A program made the position numbers and the translations under genes. Shown here one piece after another: positions 52,348 through 59,085 of a DNA stretch of 59,085 bases; the stretch's first letter is position 1, and the number at the start of each line of letters is the position of its first letter. Below the pieces are notes generated by a model. It saw nothing but the letters and a program-made list of their open reading frames with translations, was not told where the DNA came from and ran no database searches. Origin of the DNA: a bacterium (lineage in GTDB: Bacteria; Patescibacteriota; Minisyncoccia; UBA6257; GWB1-50-10); NCBI GenBank assembly GCA_021815205.1, contig JAKAHD010000005.1:1-59085 (forward strand), read 5' to 3'.

Positions 52348-52560
52348 TGAAGTGGCGGCGGCAAACCCAAAAATTTCCTTCCTTTCAAATGTTCCGCTTT
52401 GCGGCGGGGGGTGTGGGGGGAGCCGCTAATAAAAATGATAGGAAATTTTTGGGTTTTGCCCCGCGCGAGCTTGTCGAGCGCGGCCGAGGCGCAAGTGTCA
52501 TTCGTCAAAATCCTGCGGATTTTGTCCGAAATACATTCGAACTTCGTCCAATACACACCG
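52348..52560. repeat. IR-D' (213 bp)
   Basis: Exact reverse complement of 45734-45946. Confidence 0.95.
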
Positions 52561-52616
52561 CTCTATATTAAAACTTGTCATGCCGAAGGCATCTTCCCTT
52601 CCGTAAAATAAAATCT

Positions 52617-53498
52617 ATGGACACAAAAGGGCTCTATCGCGCACAAGGACGGAAGGAGCACACGGAGCACATCGTGTACGCGGCGCTCGCGCGGAAAGAA
52701 AAGAAGCCGGAGAACAAGGCGTCGCTCGAGAAGCTCTCGGCGCAGGAAAAGTCCCACTACGAATTTTGGAAGTCGCTTGTGGGGGAGGAGTTGCCGCCGC
52801 ACCGCTTCGCCGTGTTTTGGATACCGCTCCTCCGGAGCGTCTTGGGCGTCACGTTCGTGACAAAACTCCTCGAGTCGCACGAAAAGAATTCAATCGCGAC
52901 ATATGAACGTATCCTGCCTATGATGCCCGACTCGCAGAGAGAGCGGTTGAAGGAAATCATAGAAGATGAGCGGTCGCATGAACGTGCGCTTCTCGGGGAA
53001 CTCAAAGAGAAGCGGATCTCGTATATTGGTTTCATTGCGCTCGGACTTGCGGACGCGATCGTGGAGATCACGGGCGTGCACGCGGGATTCCTCGGGGTTA
53101 CGGGCTCGACCTTGATCGCCGGTATCTCGGGGATTATCGTGGGATTCTCCGCCGCGATCTCGATGGGTTCCGCGGCGTATATCCAAGCAAAACAGGATCC
53201 AGAAAAATCGGTAATCGTTTCCGCGCTTACAACCGGGTTTTCCTACTTCTTCTCCGTCGTACTGCTCGCGCTTCCTTATTTTTTAATACGAAGCATGATG
53301 ACCGCGTTTGTACTCTCGGTCGTAGTCGGGATCGCGCTCCTTGCAGCATTCACCTTTTACGGCGCGGTGGTTTTCGAGAAGAAGTTCCTCCGCGACTTCG
53401 GAGAGTCGGCGGGGCTCATGCTCTTCACAGCTGTCGCGACCTACATTCTCGGTATCGTGGTGGGGGACACCTTCCATCTTGGCGCTTCGAACTTCTAA
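52617..53498 (+). CDS. VIT1/CCC1-family iron/manganese transporter with ferritin-like N-domain
   Basis: ExxH pairs (EKSHYEFW, ERSHERAL), then GLADAIVEITGV...AAISMGSAAYIQ and TM helices. Confidence 0.7.
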   Translation: MDTKGLYRAQGRKEHTEHIVYAALARKEKKPENKASLEKLSAQEKSHYEFWKSLVGEELPPHRFAVFWIPLLRSVLGVTFVTKLLESHEKNSIATYERILPMMPDSQRERLKEIIEDERSHERALLGELKEKRISYIGFIALGLADAIVEITGVHAGFLGVTGSTLIAGISGIIVGFSAAISMGSAAYIQAKQDPEKSVIVSALTTGFSYFFSVVLLALPYFLIRSMMTAFVLSVVVGIALLAAFTFYGAVVFEKKFLRDFGESAGLMLFTAVATYILGIVVGDTFHLGASNF

Positions 53499-53543
53499 TT
53501 TGAGAAACTTTTTAAGGTAAGTATCGTTATCACTTATAAGAAT

Positions 53544-55310
53544 ATGCGACACAAGAAACGAACAACTGTTCGGAGAATTATTGCGCTTCTCAAGGACCGC
53601 AAAAAGACGGTCGTTTTCTTATGCACGCTTGTGGTTATTGCTCAGGGCGCGAATATCGCGGTTCCCTTCATCTCGAGGATTTTAATCGATGCGCTTATGA
53701 ACTTCCTTAAGGCCGGGGGGCCGCTCCCGTGGAACGTGCTTATGTATTCCGCGCTCGGCATTCTCATCGCAACATTTGTCTCAAGCGGGTTGCAGTCGAG
53801 TTACAATTACCATCTCTTCAAGTTCGTCACGAAGACGGAAGACGAAATGCGGAACGCGGCATTTGAAAAGTACCTGCAGCTCCACGCACTCTTCCATCAT
53901 GGCGCCTCGAGCGGCCAGATCATCGGCCGCATCGAACGCGGCGGTACGGCAATCTACGCGATCCTGAACGATATCGCGGGGCAGAACCTTCTGCCGCCGC
54001 TCGTGATATTCGTGGGCACCTTCGCGGCACTGCTCTCTGTGAACGTTTGGATCGCGATCGCGGTCGTGGTGCCGTTTCCCATTTACTTTCTTCTTACGAG
54101 AAAACTTGCAAATCGGATTTACGAGATCGAACAGCGCGCGAACGATGCGTTCGAAGATGTGTCGAGAGAACTCTATGACGTCGCGGGAAACGTGCTCACG
54201 GTGAAAAAGTTCTCGCAGGAGGATATCGAAACGAAGCACGAGAAGCGCCTCATGGATAAGGCGCGAGATATCCAGTACAGCGCCGAACGGCTGTGGGCCT
54301 TGATCGAAAACGTGCAGACAGCGGTTGCAACATTCGGCCGCGTAGGGGTTTTGATCTTAAGTGCGTGGTTTGTTTTGAATGGGACGGCGACGATCGGCGA
54401 GTTCGTGCTCTTCATTACCCTGCAGAACATGGCATATCAGCCGCTCTCCCAGCTCTCCATTATTTTCCCGCGGTATCGAAGAAACGCGACGCGCGTGGAG
54501 CGGCTCTTCGCGATCTTGGATGAGCCGATTGCGGTGAAAGATAAGCCAGGGGCGCATGCGCTTCCGCCTCTCGAGCAGCGGATCGAATTCAAGGATGTAT
54601 GGTTTGGGTACCGGAAGGATGGGCAGTGGGCATTAAAAAACGTAAATCTCGTAATTCCCGCGAAGAAAACAGTCGCGCTGGTGGGGCGGTCAGGAAGCGG
54701 CAAGACAACGTTTATTAATATGCTTCTCCGTTCGTTTGATCCCCAGAAGGGAAGTATCCTGATTGACGGAATCGACATTCGCGAAGTAACACAGGAAAGT
54801 CTGCGCCGGCAAATCGCCGTAGTACCGCAGGAAGTTGATCTCTTCTCGCGGACGATCGCGGAGAATATCTCCTACGGGCGCCCGAACGTGACGAGAGAGC
54901 AGATTGAGAACGCGGCGAAGACGGCGCTCGCGCACGACTTCATCCTGAATCTCGAGAAAGGATATGACACGATCGTGGGGGAGCGCGGAATCAAGCTCTC
55001 GGGCGGAGAACGCCAGAGAATTGGCATCGCGAGAGCGGTGCTCCGCGATCCGAGGATTTTGATTTTGGACGAGGCGACAAGCCACCTCGATACTGAAAGC
55101 GAGCGGCTCATCTCGAAAGCGACGGACGCGCTCGTGAAAGACCGCACCTCGATTATTATCGCGCACCGCTTGTCCACGATCCTCCATGCGGATACAATTG
55201 TGGTCTTTACAAACAACGAGATCGAAGCAACGGGGACGCACAAGGAACTCCTCGAGAAAAGCCCGACCTATGAGCGGCTCTATCATCTGCAGTTTGAGGA
55301 TAGTGTATAG
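53544..55310 (+). CDS. ABC exporter, fused permease/ATPase (MsbA-like)
   Basis: 6 TM segments, then GRSGSGKTT, LSGGERQRIGIARAVL, ILILDEATSHLD. Confidence 0.9.
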   Translation: MRHKKRTTVRRIIALLKDRKKTVVFLCTLVVIAQGANIAVPFISRILIDALMNFLKAGGPLPWNVLMYSALGILIATFVSSGLQSSYNYHLFKFVTKTEDEMRNAAFEKYLQLHALFHHGASSGQIIGRIERGGTAIYAILNDIAGQNLLPPLVIFVGTFAALLSVNVWIAIAVVVPFPIYFLLTRKLANRIYEIEQRANDAFEDVSRELYDVAGNVLTVKKFSQEDIETKHEKRLMDKARDIQYSAERLWALIENVQTAVATFGRVGVLILSAWFVLNGTATIGEFVLFITLQNMAYQPLSQLSIIFPRYRRNATRVERLFAILDEPIAVKDKPGAHALPPLEQRIEFKDVWFGYRKDGQWALKNVNLVIPAKKTVALVGRSGSGKTTFINMLLRSFDPQKGSILIDGIDIREVTQESLRRQIAVVPQEVDLFSRTIAENISYGRPNVTREQIENAAKTALAHDFILNLEKGYDTIVGERGIKLSGGERQRIGIARAVLRDPRILILDEATSHLDTESERLISKATDALVKDRTSIIIAHRLSTILHADTIVVFTNNEIEATGTHKELLEKSPTYERLYHLQFEDSV

Positions 55311-55327
55311 CGTGGTATCCTGAATGT

Positions 55328-55607
55328 ATGGACGAGGAACGATTTCGAGATCTCGAAAGAGAAGTCGGCGATCAAAGAACGGAACACTCGCGTCGAGGCC
55401 GACAAGGTCTGGGAGACGAATCTTCTCAGAATTCTTTTAGTGACGATTATTACGTATATCATAGTCGCCCTCGTATTCTTTATTATTGGTGTGTCGAATT
55501 TCCTTTTGAGCGCGCTTATCCCGACCGTGGGGTATTTTCTCTCTACGCGGTCCCTGCGGGTGGTAAAGAAGTGGTGGATAAAAAATGTTTGGAAAGAAAA
55601 TAAATGA
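55328..55607 (+). pseudogene. Small membrane protein gene with an apparent +1 frameshift
   Basis: The ATG frame gives MDEERFRDLEREVGD. The adjacent frame gives ...AIKERNTRVEADKVWETNLLRILLVTIITYIIVALVFFIIGVSNFLLSALIPTVGYFLSTRSLRVVKKWWIKNVWKENK*, which is clearly TM-like. The frames join if one G in GTCGGCG (~55365-55371) is removed. Confidence 0.4.
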
Positions 55608-56143
55608 CTTCCTCCCGAAAAGTAAAACCGTTTCGTATCACGCAATTCGGGAATCAGATTCTGCGAAAAAAACAGAAAAGGATTTCTGATGCTACGTTGC
55701 GTGCGAAACCCTTCCGTGAACTCGTAAAAAAGATGTTCTCTACCCTGCACCATGCGCAGGGCGTGGGGCTCGCGGCGCCGCAGATAGGGAAGGATATGGC
55801 GCTTGCCGTGATCGAGATTAAAAAAACGAAGTTGCGGCCAAATGCGGCGCCGCTCACAAAAACCGTGATCGTGAACCCGAAGATCATTTCATACTCCCGC
55901 GTGGCGGAGTACGACTGGGAAGGATGCTTGAGTCTCAAAAACGTGCGCGGGCTCGTGCCGCGGGCGAAAGAGATCACGGTGGAATACAAGGATTGTTCGG
56001 GAAAGAAGACCGTAAAAAAACTCAAGGGATTTCAGGCGCGTGTGTTCCAGCACGAGATTGATCACCTGAACGGCGTGCTCTTCGTGGACCGTATGGACGA
56101 CATGCGCACCTTGATTACAAAAGAAGAACTCAAGAAACGATAG
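55604..56143 (+). CDS. def: Peptide deformylase
   Basis: GVGLAAPQIG, EGCLS, QHEIDHLNG. Confidence 0.9.
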   Translation: MTSSRKVKPFRITQFGNQILRKKQKRISDATLRAKPFRELVKKMFSTLHHAQGVGLAAPQIGKDMALAVIEIKKTKLRPNAAPLTKTVIVNPKIISYSRVAEYDWEGCLSLKNVRGLVPRAKEITVEYKDCSGKKTVKKLKGFQARVFQHEIDHLNGVLFVDRMDDMRTLITKEELKKR

Positions 56144-56209
56144 ATAAAAAACCCGACTCAAATCGAGATGTTTGGTTCTGTACTCGCTCGCTTCCACTTG
56201 TAAAAAATC

Positions 56210-56297
56210 TGGTGCCTGGGGTGGGAATCGAACCCACACGAGGAAACTCCTCACGACATTTTAAGTGTCGGCTGTCTACCAGTTTCAGCACCCAGGC
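56210..56297 (-). tRNA. tRNA-Leu (TAA), with encoded CCA
   Basis: Acceptor GCCTGGG/CCCAGGC, anticodon stem-loop CGACA-CTTAAAA-TGTCG, long variable arm, T-arm GTGGG-TTCGATT-CCCAC. Confidence 0.9.
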
Positions 56298-56313
56298 GTT
56301 GTTTCTGTTTTTG

Positions 56314-56434
56314 AGGCCGTGGCGGGAATCTCATACCTATGGTAGATCTCCCGAAGGGAGAGAACCCACGTATAAGGGTTTTGTCTCTCTTCGGGGGATC
56401 TCCCGAAGGGAGACAGACCTCCGCCCCTGAGGCC
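56314..56434 (-). pseudogene. tRNA-Cys-like copy with two hairpin inserts and a replaced 5' third
   Basis: Removing 56331-56361 (T-loop, between C56 and G57) and 56384-56413 (anticodon, between G34 and C35) restores GGTCTGCAAAACCCTTATACGTGGGTTCGATTCCCGCCACGGCCT. That sequence is identical to the intact gene. Confidence 0.7.
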
Positions 56435-56516
56435 TAGACCGGAGTTGAACCGGTGAATAGTGGTTTTGTCATGCCTACGGTAGATCCCCCGTAGGGGGAC
56501 AGACCACTTGAGGCCG
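56431..56516 (-). pseudogene. Degenerate tRNA-like copy with a 31-nt anticodon insert
   Basis: GGCCTCAAGTGGTCTG [insert 56469-56499] CAAAACCAC TATTC ACCGG-TTCAACT-CCGGT CTAGGCC. The D-arm is missing. Confidence 0.55.
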
Positions 56517-56582
56517 TGGCGGGAATCGAACCCACGTATAAGGGTTTTGCAGACCCTTGCCTTACCACTTGGCTACACGGCC
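56511..56582 (-). tRNA. tRNA-Cys (GCA)
   Basis: Acceptor GGCCGTG/CACGGCC, anticodon stem-loop AGGGT-CTGCAAA-ACCCT, T-arm GTGGG-TTCGATT-CCCGC. Confidence 0.85.
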
Positions 56583-56821
56583 TTATATTTCTCTTTTAAC
56601 ATCTCCTTCTGTTGTCCAGTTTTGTAAAATAACTCAGCTCTTACCGCCTCTCGCCTTGTCTGATATTCGATCGAATCGAGTAATTTCCATGGGCGATATC
56701 CTTTCGTCGATTTTACCTTTCCGGAGTTATGTTTTGCAACCCGCACCTTAACATTCTCTGTGCTCCCTACGTAGATATCTCCATTTTTTAAGCTCTTCAG
56801 AAAGTATACAAAGTACGTCAT
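56573..56821 (-). CDS. GIY-YIG domain protein (82 aa)
   Basis: YFVYFLKSLKNGDIYVGSTENVKVRVAKHNSGKVKSTKGYRPWKL. The stop codon lies inside the first 10 nt of tRNA-Cys. No obvious RBS. Confidence 0.75.
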   Translation of the reverse strand: MTYFVYFLKSLKNGDIYVGSTENVKVRVAKHNSGKVKSTKGYRPWKLLDSIEYQTRREAVRAELFYKTGQQKEMLKEKYKAV

Positions 56822-56897
56822 GGTGGTTTTGTCATGCCTGCGGCAGATCCCCCGTAGGGGGACAGACCCCTCCCTTAACCACTTGGGTATGGCGCCA
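56822..56897 (-). pseudogene. tRNA 5' half (Cys-like) with a 31-nt anticodon insert, truncated by the GIY-YIG gene
   Basis: GGCGCCA TA CCCAAGTGGTTAAGGGA G GGGTCTG [insert 56832-56862] CAAAACCACC, then the ATG of the GIY-YIG gene. No matching 3' acceptor strand was found. Confidence 0.6.
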
Positions 56898-57194
56898 TTA
56901 CGCTCCTCCCTTGGAAACTATTTCAAACTTGAGGCGGGGCATCGGTTTTACGTTCAGCTTCTTCAAGAGCTCATGCTCAAGCTCCCGCTTCCGTACTTCC
57001 ACTATTGTATATGCTTCGAGTTCTTTTTCAAATGGGATGATGCCGAGCTTCACGCGTGCCTCCTCGAACTTCTCGTCCACGGCAACATCGAGAATGGTGA
57101 CGAGCGCGCCGTTGAAATTGAATTCACGCACAAAAAGCCTGCTCAGTTCCTCCTGAATCACACTTGCCATTTTGAGATTTCGGAACGGACGCAT
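56898..57194 (-). CDS. rbfA: Ribosome-binding factor A
   Basis: NLKMASVIQEELSRLFVRE...VTILDVAVDEKFEEARV is a typical RbfA N-terminus. Located downstream of infB. Confidence 0.8.
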   Translation of the reverse strand: MRPFRNLKMASVIQEELSRLFVREFNFNGALVTILDVAVDEKFEEARVKLGIIPFEKELEAYTIVEVRKRELEHELLKKLNVKPMPRLKFEIVSKGGA

Positions 57195-57218
57195 GTAAGA
57201 TTGTCTCGAAATTAATAG

Positions 57219-57333
57219 AGCGGAACCAGCGCATTGAAAAAGTGGGTAGGACTTACCCCCACACCTACCCTGTAGGCGTGGGGGCTTGGCCTAGCGGCCC
57301 GGAGCGCACCCAAAAGTGTGCGCTGGTTCCGCT
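57219..57333 (-). repeat. 115-nt hairpin element between infB and rbfA
   Basis: 15-bp perfect outer stem, AGCGGAACCAGCGCA / TGCGCTGGTTCCGCT. Inner stems are GGGTAG/CTACCC and CCCCCAC/GTGGGGG, the same core motif as the nested repeat family. Confidence 0.8.
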
Positions 57334-57353
57334 TCGGCATTTTCAAAGAAACT

Positions 57354-58895
57354 TTAGTCATCATCAGAAAATAAAAGGAAGTTCCCCGGCTTGATCGGAT
57401 CGTTTGTTTGCACAAGGAGCCCCACCTCCGTATCGGTGTCCGCGGATTGGATATCTTTCCTTTGAGATTGGAGGTTCACAATCTTTCCCTCGCCGATCTG
57501 TTTCTCATCCTGCCAGATTTCGAACGGTTCCTGATTCTTTATCGGCCCCAAGACCACGCGCCCTCCCACGACGCGTTCTTTTCCCTTCGCTTCGCCGAAG
57601 ACCGCGAGGATCTCGATGCGGCGGATTTCTTTCGGGATAAGCTTTTTCGCGTAATCCTGAATTTTTTTCCCGAGTTCGTAAATGATGGGGGAGTCGATCA
57701 CAAGCGTATGCTGCGATTTCGCGATATTTTCGGCGGCTTTGTCGACCTTCGTTTTGAAGCCGACGATGAGAGCGCGGGTGCTGCCCGCGAGTTTTACGTC
57801 GCGCTCCGTGATGTTCCCGACGCTTACGTCGATGAAGCGGGGCGCGGCGGGGAGCTTCAGGTGTTCGATCGTCGTTTTCAGGGCTTCGAGGGATGCCATC
57901 TCGTCCGCTTTCAGGATGAGCCGGATCGCATTCTCGGCGGGAGCTTCTTCGCTCGATCCATTCTCTTTTTTCGATTCGTGTTTTGAATTCCTCAAAAACG
58001 CTTCGATGTCCGCCTCGGTTCCGGCACAGAATTCTTCCCCGACTTGGGGGAGCGCTTCGAAACCGATAATCAAGGCCGGCGCGCTCGGCACGAGTGAATT
58101 TACGGTTGTGCCGGAATGATCTTCGAGGAACTTTATCTTCCCTTTCGCGCTCCGTGTTGCGATAAGCGCGCCACGCGCAAGCGTTCCGTTCTTCAAGATA
58201 GCGCCCGCGGTGATGCCCCGCCGCGGATCGAGGCGGCTCGTAAGAATTACGCCCGCCGCGGGCGCCTGCGGGTCGTAGGTAAGTTCTTCAACTTCCGCCA
58301 CGAGCAGAACGAGATCCATAAGATCGTCTACGCCCTCGCCGGTCTTCGCGGAAATCTGCTGCCATGAAATGTTGCCGCCTTCGCCTTCAAGGGCAACGCC
58401 TGCCGCCTTAAGATCGCGCTTCGCCCGCTCGATATCGGCGTTGTTTTTATCAATCTTATTGATCGCAACAACGAAAGGTGTCTTGGAATCGAGGATTGCC
58501 TGGAGCGCTTCCTTCGTCTGCGGCTTCACGCCGTCGTCCGCCGCAACAACGAGGATGGCGATATCCGCGACCTGCGCGCCGTAGGCGCGCATATTCGAGA
58601 ACGCCTCGTGTCCGGGCGTATCAATGAAAGTAATTTTTCTGCCGTTTGCAGAAGAATTATTTTCCGCGGAAGACCGCTGGCTGGACGCGGAATCTCGCTG
58701 AATTTTTTCCGCGTTTTCCCGCGTAACGTCCGCCTCATTCCGCGGCGGCCACACGATTTCGTACGCGCCGATCGCCTGCGTGATGCCGCCCGCCTCGCGG
58801 GAGGCAACCGCCGTCTTCTGGATATAATCAAGAAGCGTGGTCTTTCCGTGGTCCACGTGTCCCATAACAACAATGATAGGAGGACGTTTCTGCAT
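57354..58895 (-). CDS. infB: Translation initiation factor IF-2 (short N-terminus), with an insert in the G-domain
   Basis: RPPIIVVMGHVDHGKTTLLD, DTPGHEAF, NKID. A ~40-aa low-complexity insert lies between G1 and DTPGH. Confidence 0.95.
   Translation of the reverse strand: MQKRPPIIVVMGHVDHGKTTLLDYIQKTAVASREAGGITQAIGAYEIVWPPRNEADVTRENAEKIQRDSASSQRSSAENNSSANGRKITFIDTPGHEAFSNMRAYGAQVADIAILVVAADDGVKPQTKEALQAILDSKTPFVVAINKIDKNNADIERAKRDLKAAGVALEGEGGNISWQQISAKTGEGVDDLMDLVLLVAEVEELTYDPQAPAAGVILTSRLDPRRGITAGAILKNGTLARGALIATRSAKGKIKFLEDHSGTTVNSLVPSAPALIIGFEALPQVGEEFCAGTEADIEAFLRNSKHESKKENGSSEEAPAENAIRLILKADEMASLEALKTTIEHLKLPAAPRFIDVSVGNITERDVKLAGSTRALIVGFKTKVDKAAENIAKSQHTLVIDSPIIYELGKKIQDYAKKLIPKEIRRIEILAVFGEAKGKERVVGGRVVLGPIKNQEPFEIWQDEKQIGEGKIVNLQSQRKDIQSADTDTEVGLLVQTNDPIKPGNFLLFSDDD
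58640..58748 (-). repeat. In-frame GC-richer insert (ACGCGGAA / CAGCGAGATTCCGCG family) in infB
   Basis: Coding strand is GAATGAGGCGGACGTTACGCGGGAAAACGCGGAAAAAATTCAGCGAGATTCCGCGTCCAGCCAGCGGTCTTCCGCGG. Encodes NEADVTRENAEKIQRDSASSQRSSAEN. Confidence 0.85.
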
Positions 58896-58958
58896 AACAC
58901 CTGTAAAAATACCAGATAAGGACTATAAAAACAAGCTTTTGTAAAGTTTTTACAAACC

Positions 58959-59085
58959 CTGCAAAAGATGAGATACATCGCTGACACCTCAGACGTGTCA
59001 GATGAGATGCTCAAAACGATTTTCAAATAGGGGAGGGGCGCGGTATGGTGTGGGTATGCAATACACCCACATCCTGCCAGGCGCC
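58959..59085. repeat. Terminal inverted repeat, right copy (127 bp, perfect)
   Basis: Exact reverse complement of nt 1-127. Confidence 0.95.

Larger units (their letters stand above)
44096..52560. mobile_element. Integrated large-serine-recombinase element 2 (~8.47 kb) at the tRNA-Ser 3' end
   Basis: The element is bounded by a CACCG core at 44096-44100 and another at 52556-52560. An inverted copy of the core lies at 45734-45738, between IR-C' and IR-D. It carries recombinase 2 and a Type III R-M island. Confidence 0.7.

Noticed and set aside
55283-55753. 156-aa minus-strand ORF
   Set aside because: It is antisense to the end of the ABC transporter, the small membrane protein gene and the start of def. 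It has no motifs.
1-59085. The whole window as a linear plasmid or phage genome with true terminal inverted repeats
   Set aside because: Its content is core chromosomal: four aaRS genes, infB, rbfA, def, murD, tsaD and recO. The repeat length equals a common assembler k-mer (127). See the finding on the terminal repeat for what remains open.

Overview
The 59,085-bp window looks like a chromosomal fragment of a small-genome bacterium. Gene content and style are consistent with Candidate Phyla Radiation/Patescibacteria, but that placement is inference only. The backbone is housekeeping: valS, glyQS, metG, leuS, infB, rbfA, def, murD, tsaD, recO, tatD, an htrA-like protease, an M16 peptidase, an ABC exporter and seven tRNAs. 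No rRNA and no CRISPR array were seen. Three accessory regions stand out. (1) At 40.6-52.6 kb, two tandem large-serine-recombinase elements sit at the 3' ends of tRNA-Ala and tRNA-Ser. In each, the recombinase gene and the cargo are separately bracketed by long, near-perfect inverted repeats. The junctions read as attL, an internal inverted attP, and attR. Cargo is a sodium:solute symporter in element 1 and a Type III R-M island in element 2. (2) At 20.0-26.8 kb lies an island of unassignable genes. The same promoter plus a ~295-nt structured leader, and the same terminator, are duplicated around unrelated genes. (3) At 56.3-56.9 kb is a tRNA-Cys locus with one intact gene, three degenerate copies interrupted by 30-31-nt hairpin inserts, and a nested GIY-YIG gene. 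Genome-wide oddities are also present. AT-rich arrays with a 7-nt period are inserted in frame in valS, tsaD, glyQS and leuS. A GC-richer in-frame insert is shared by leuS and infB. Perfect palindromes occur inside murD. Two families of nested palindromic intergenic repeats recur across the window. The window ends in a perfect 127-bp terminal inverted repeat, which may be an assembly (k-mer) effect. All calls rest on reading the sequence and on motif recall. No database search was possible.
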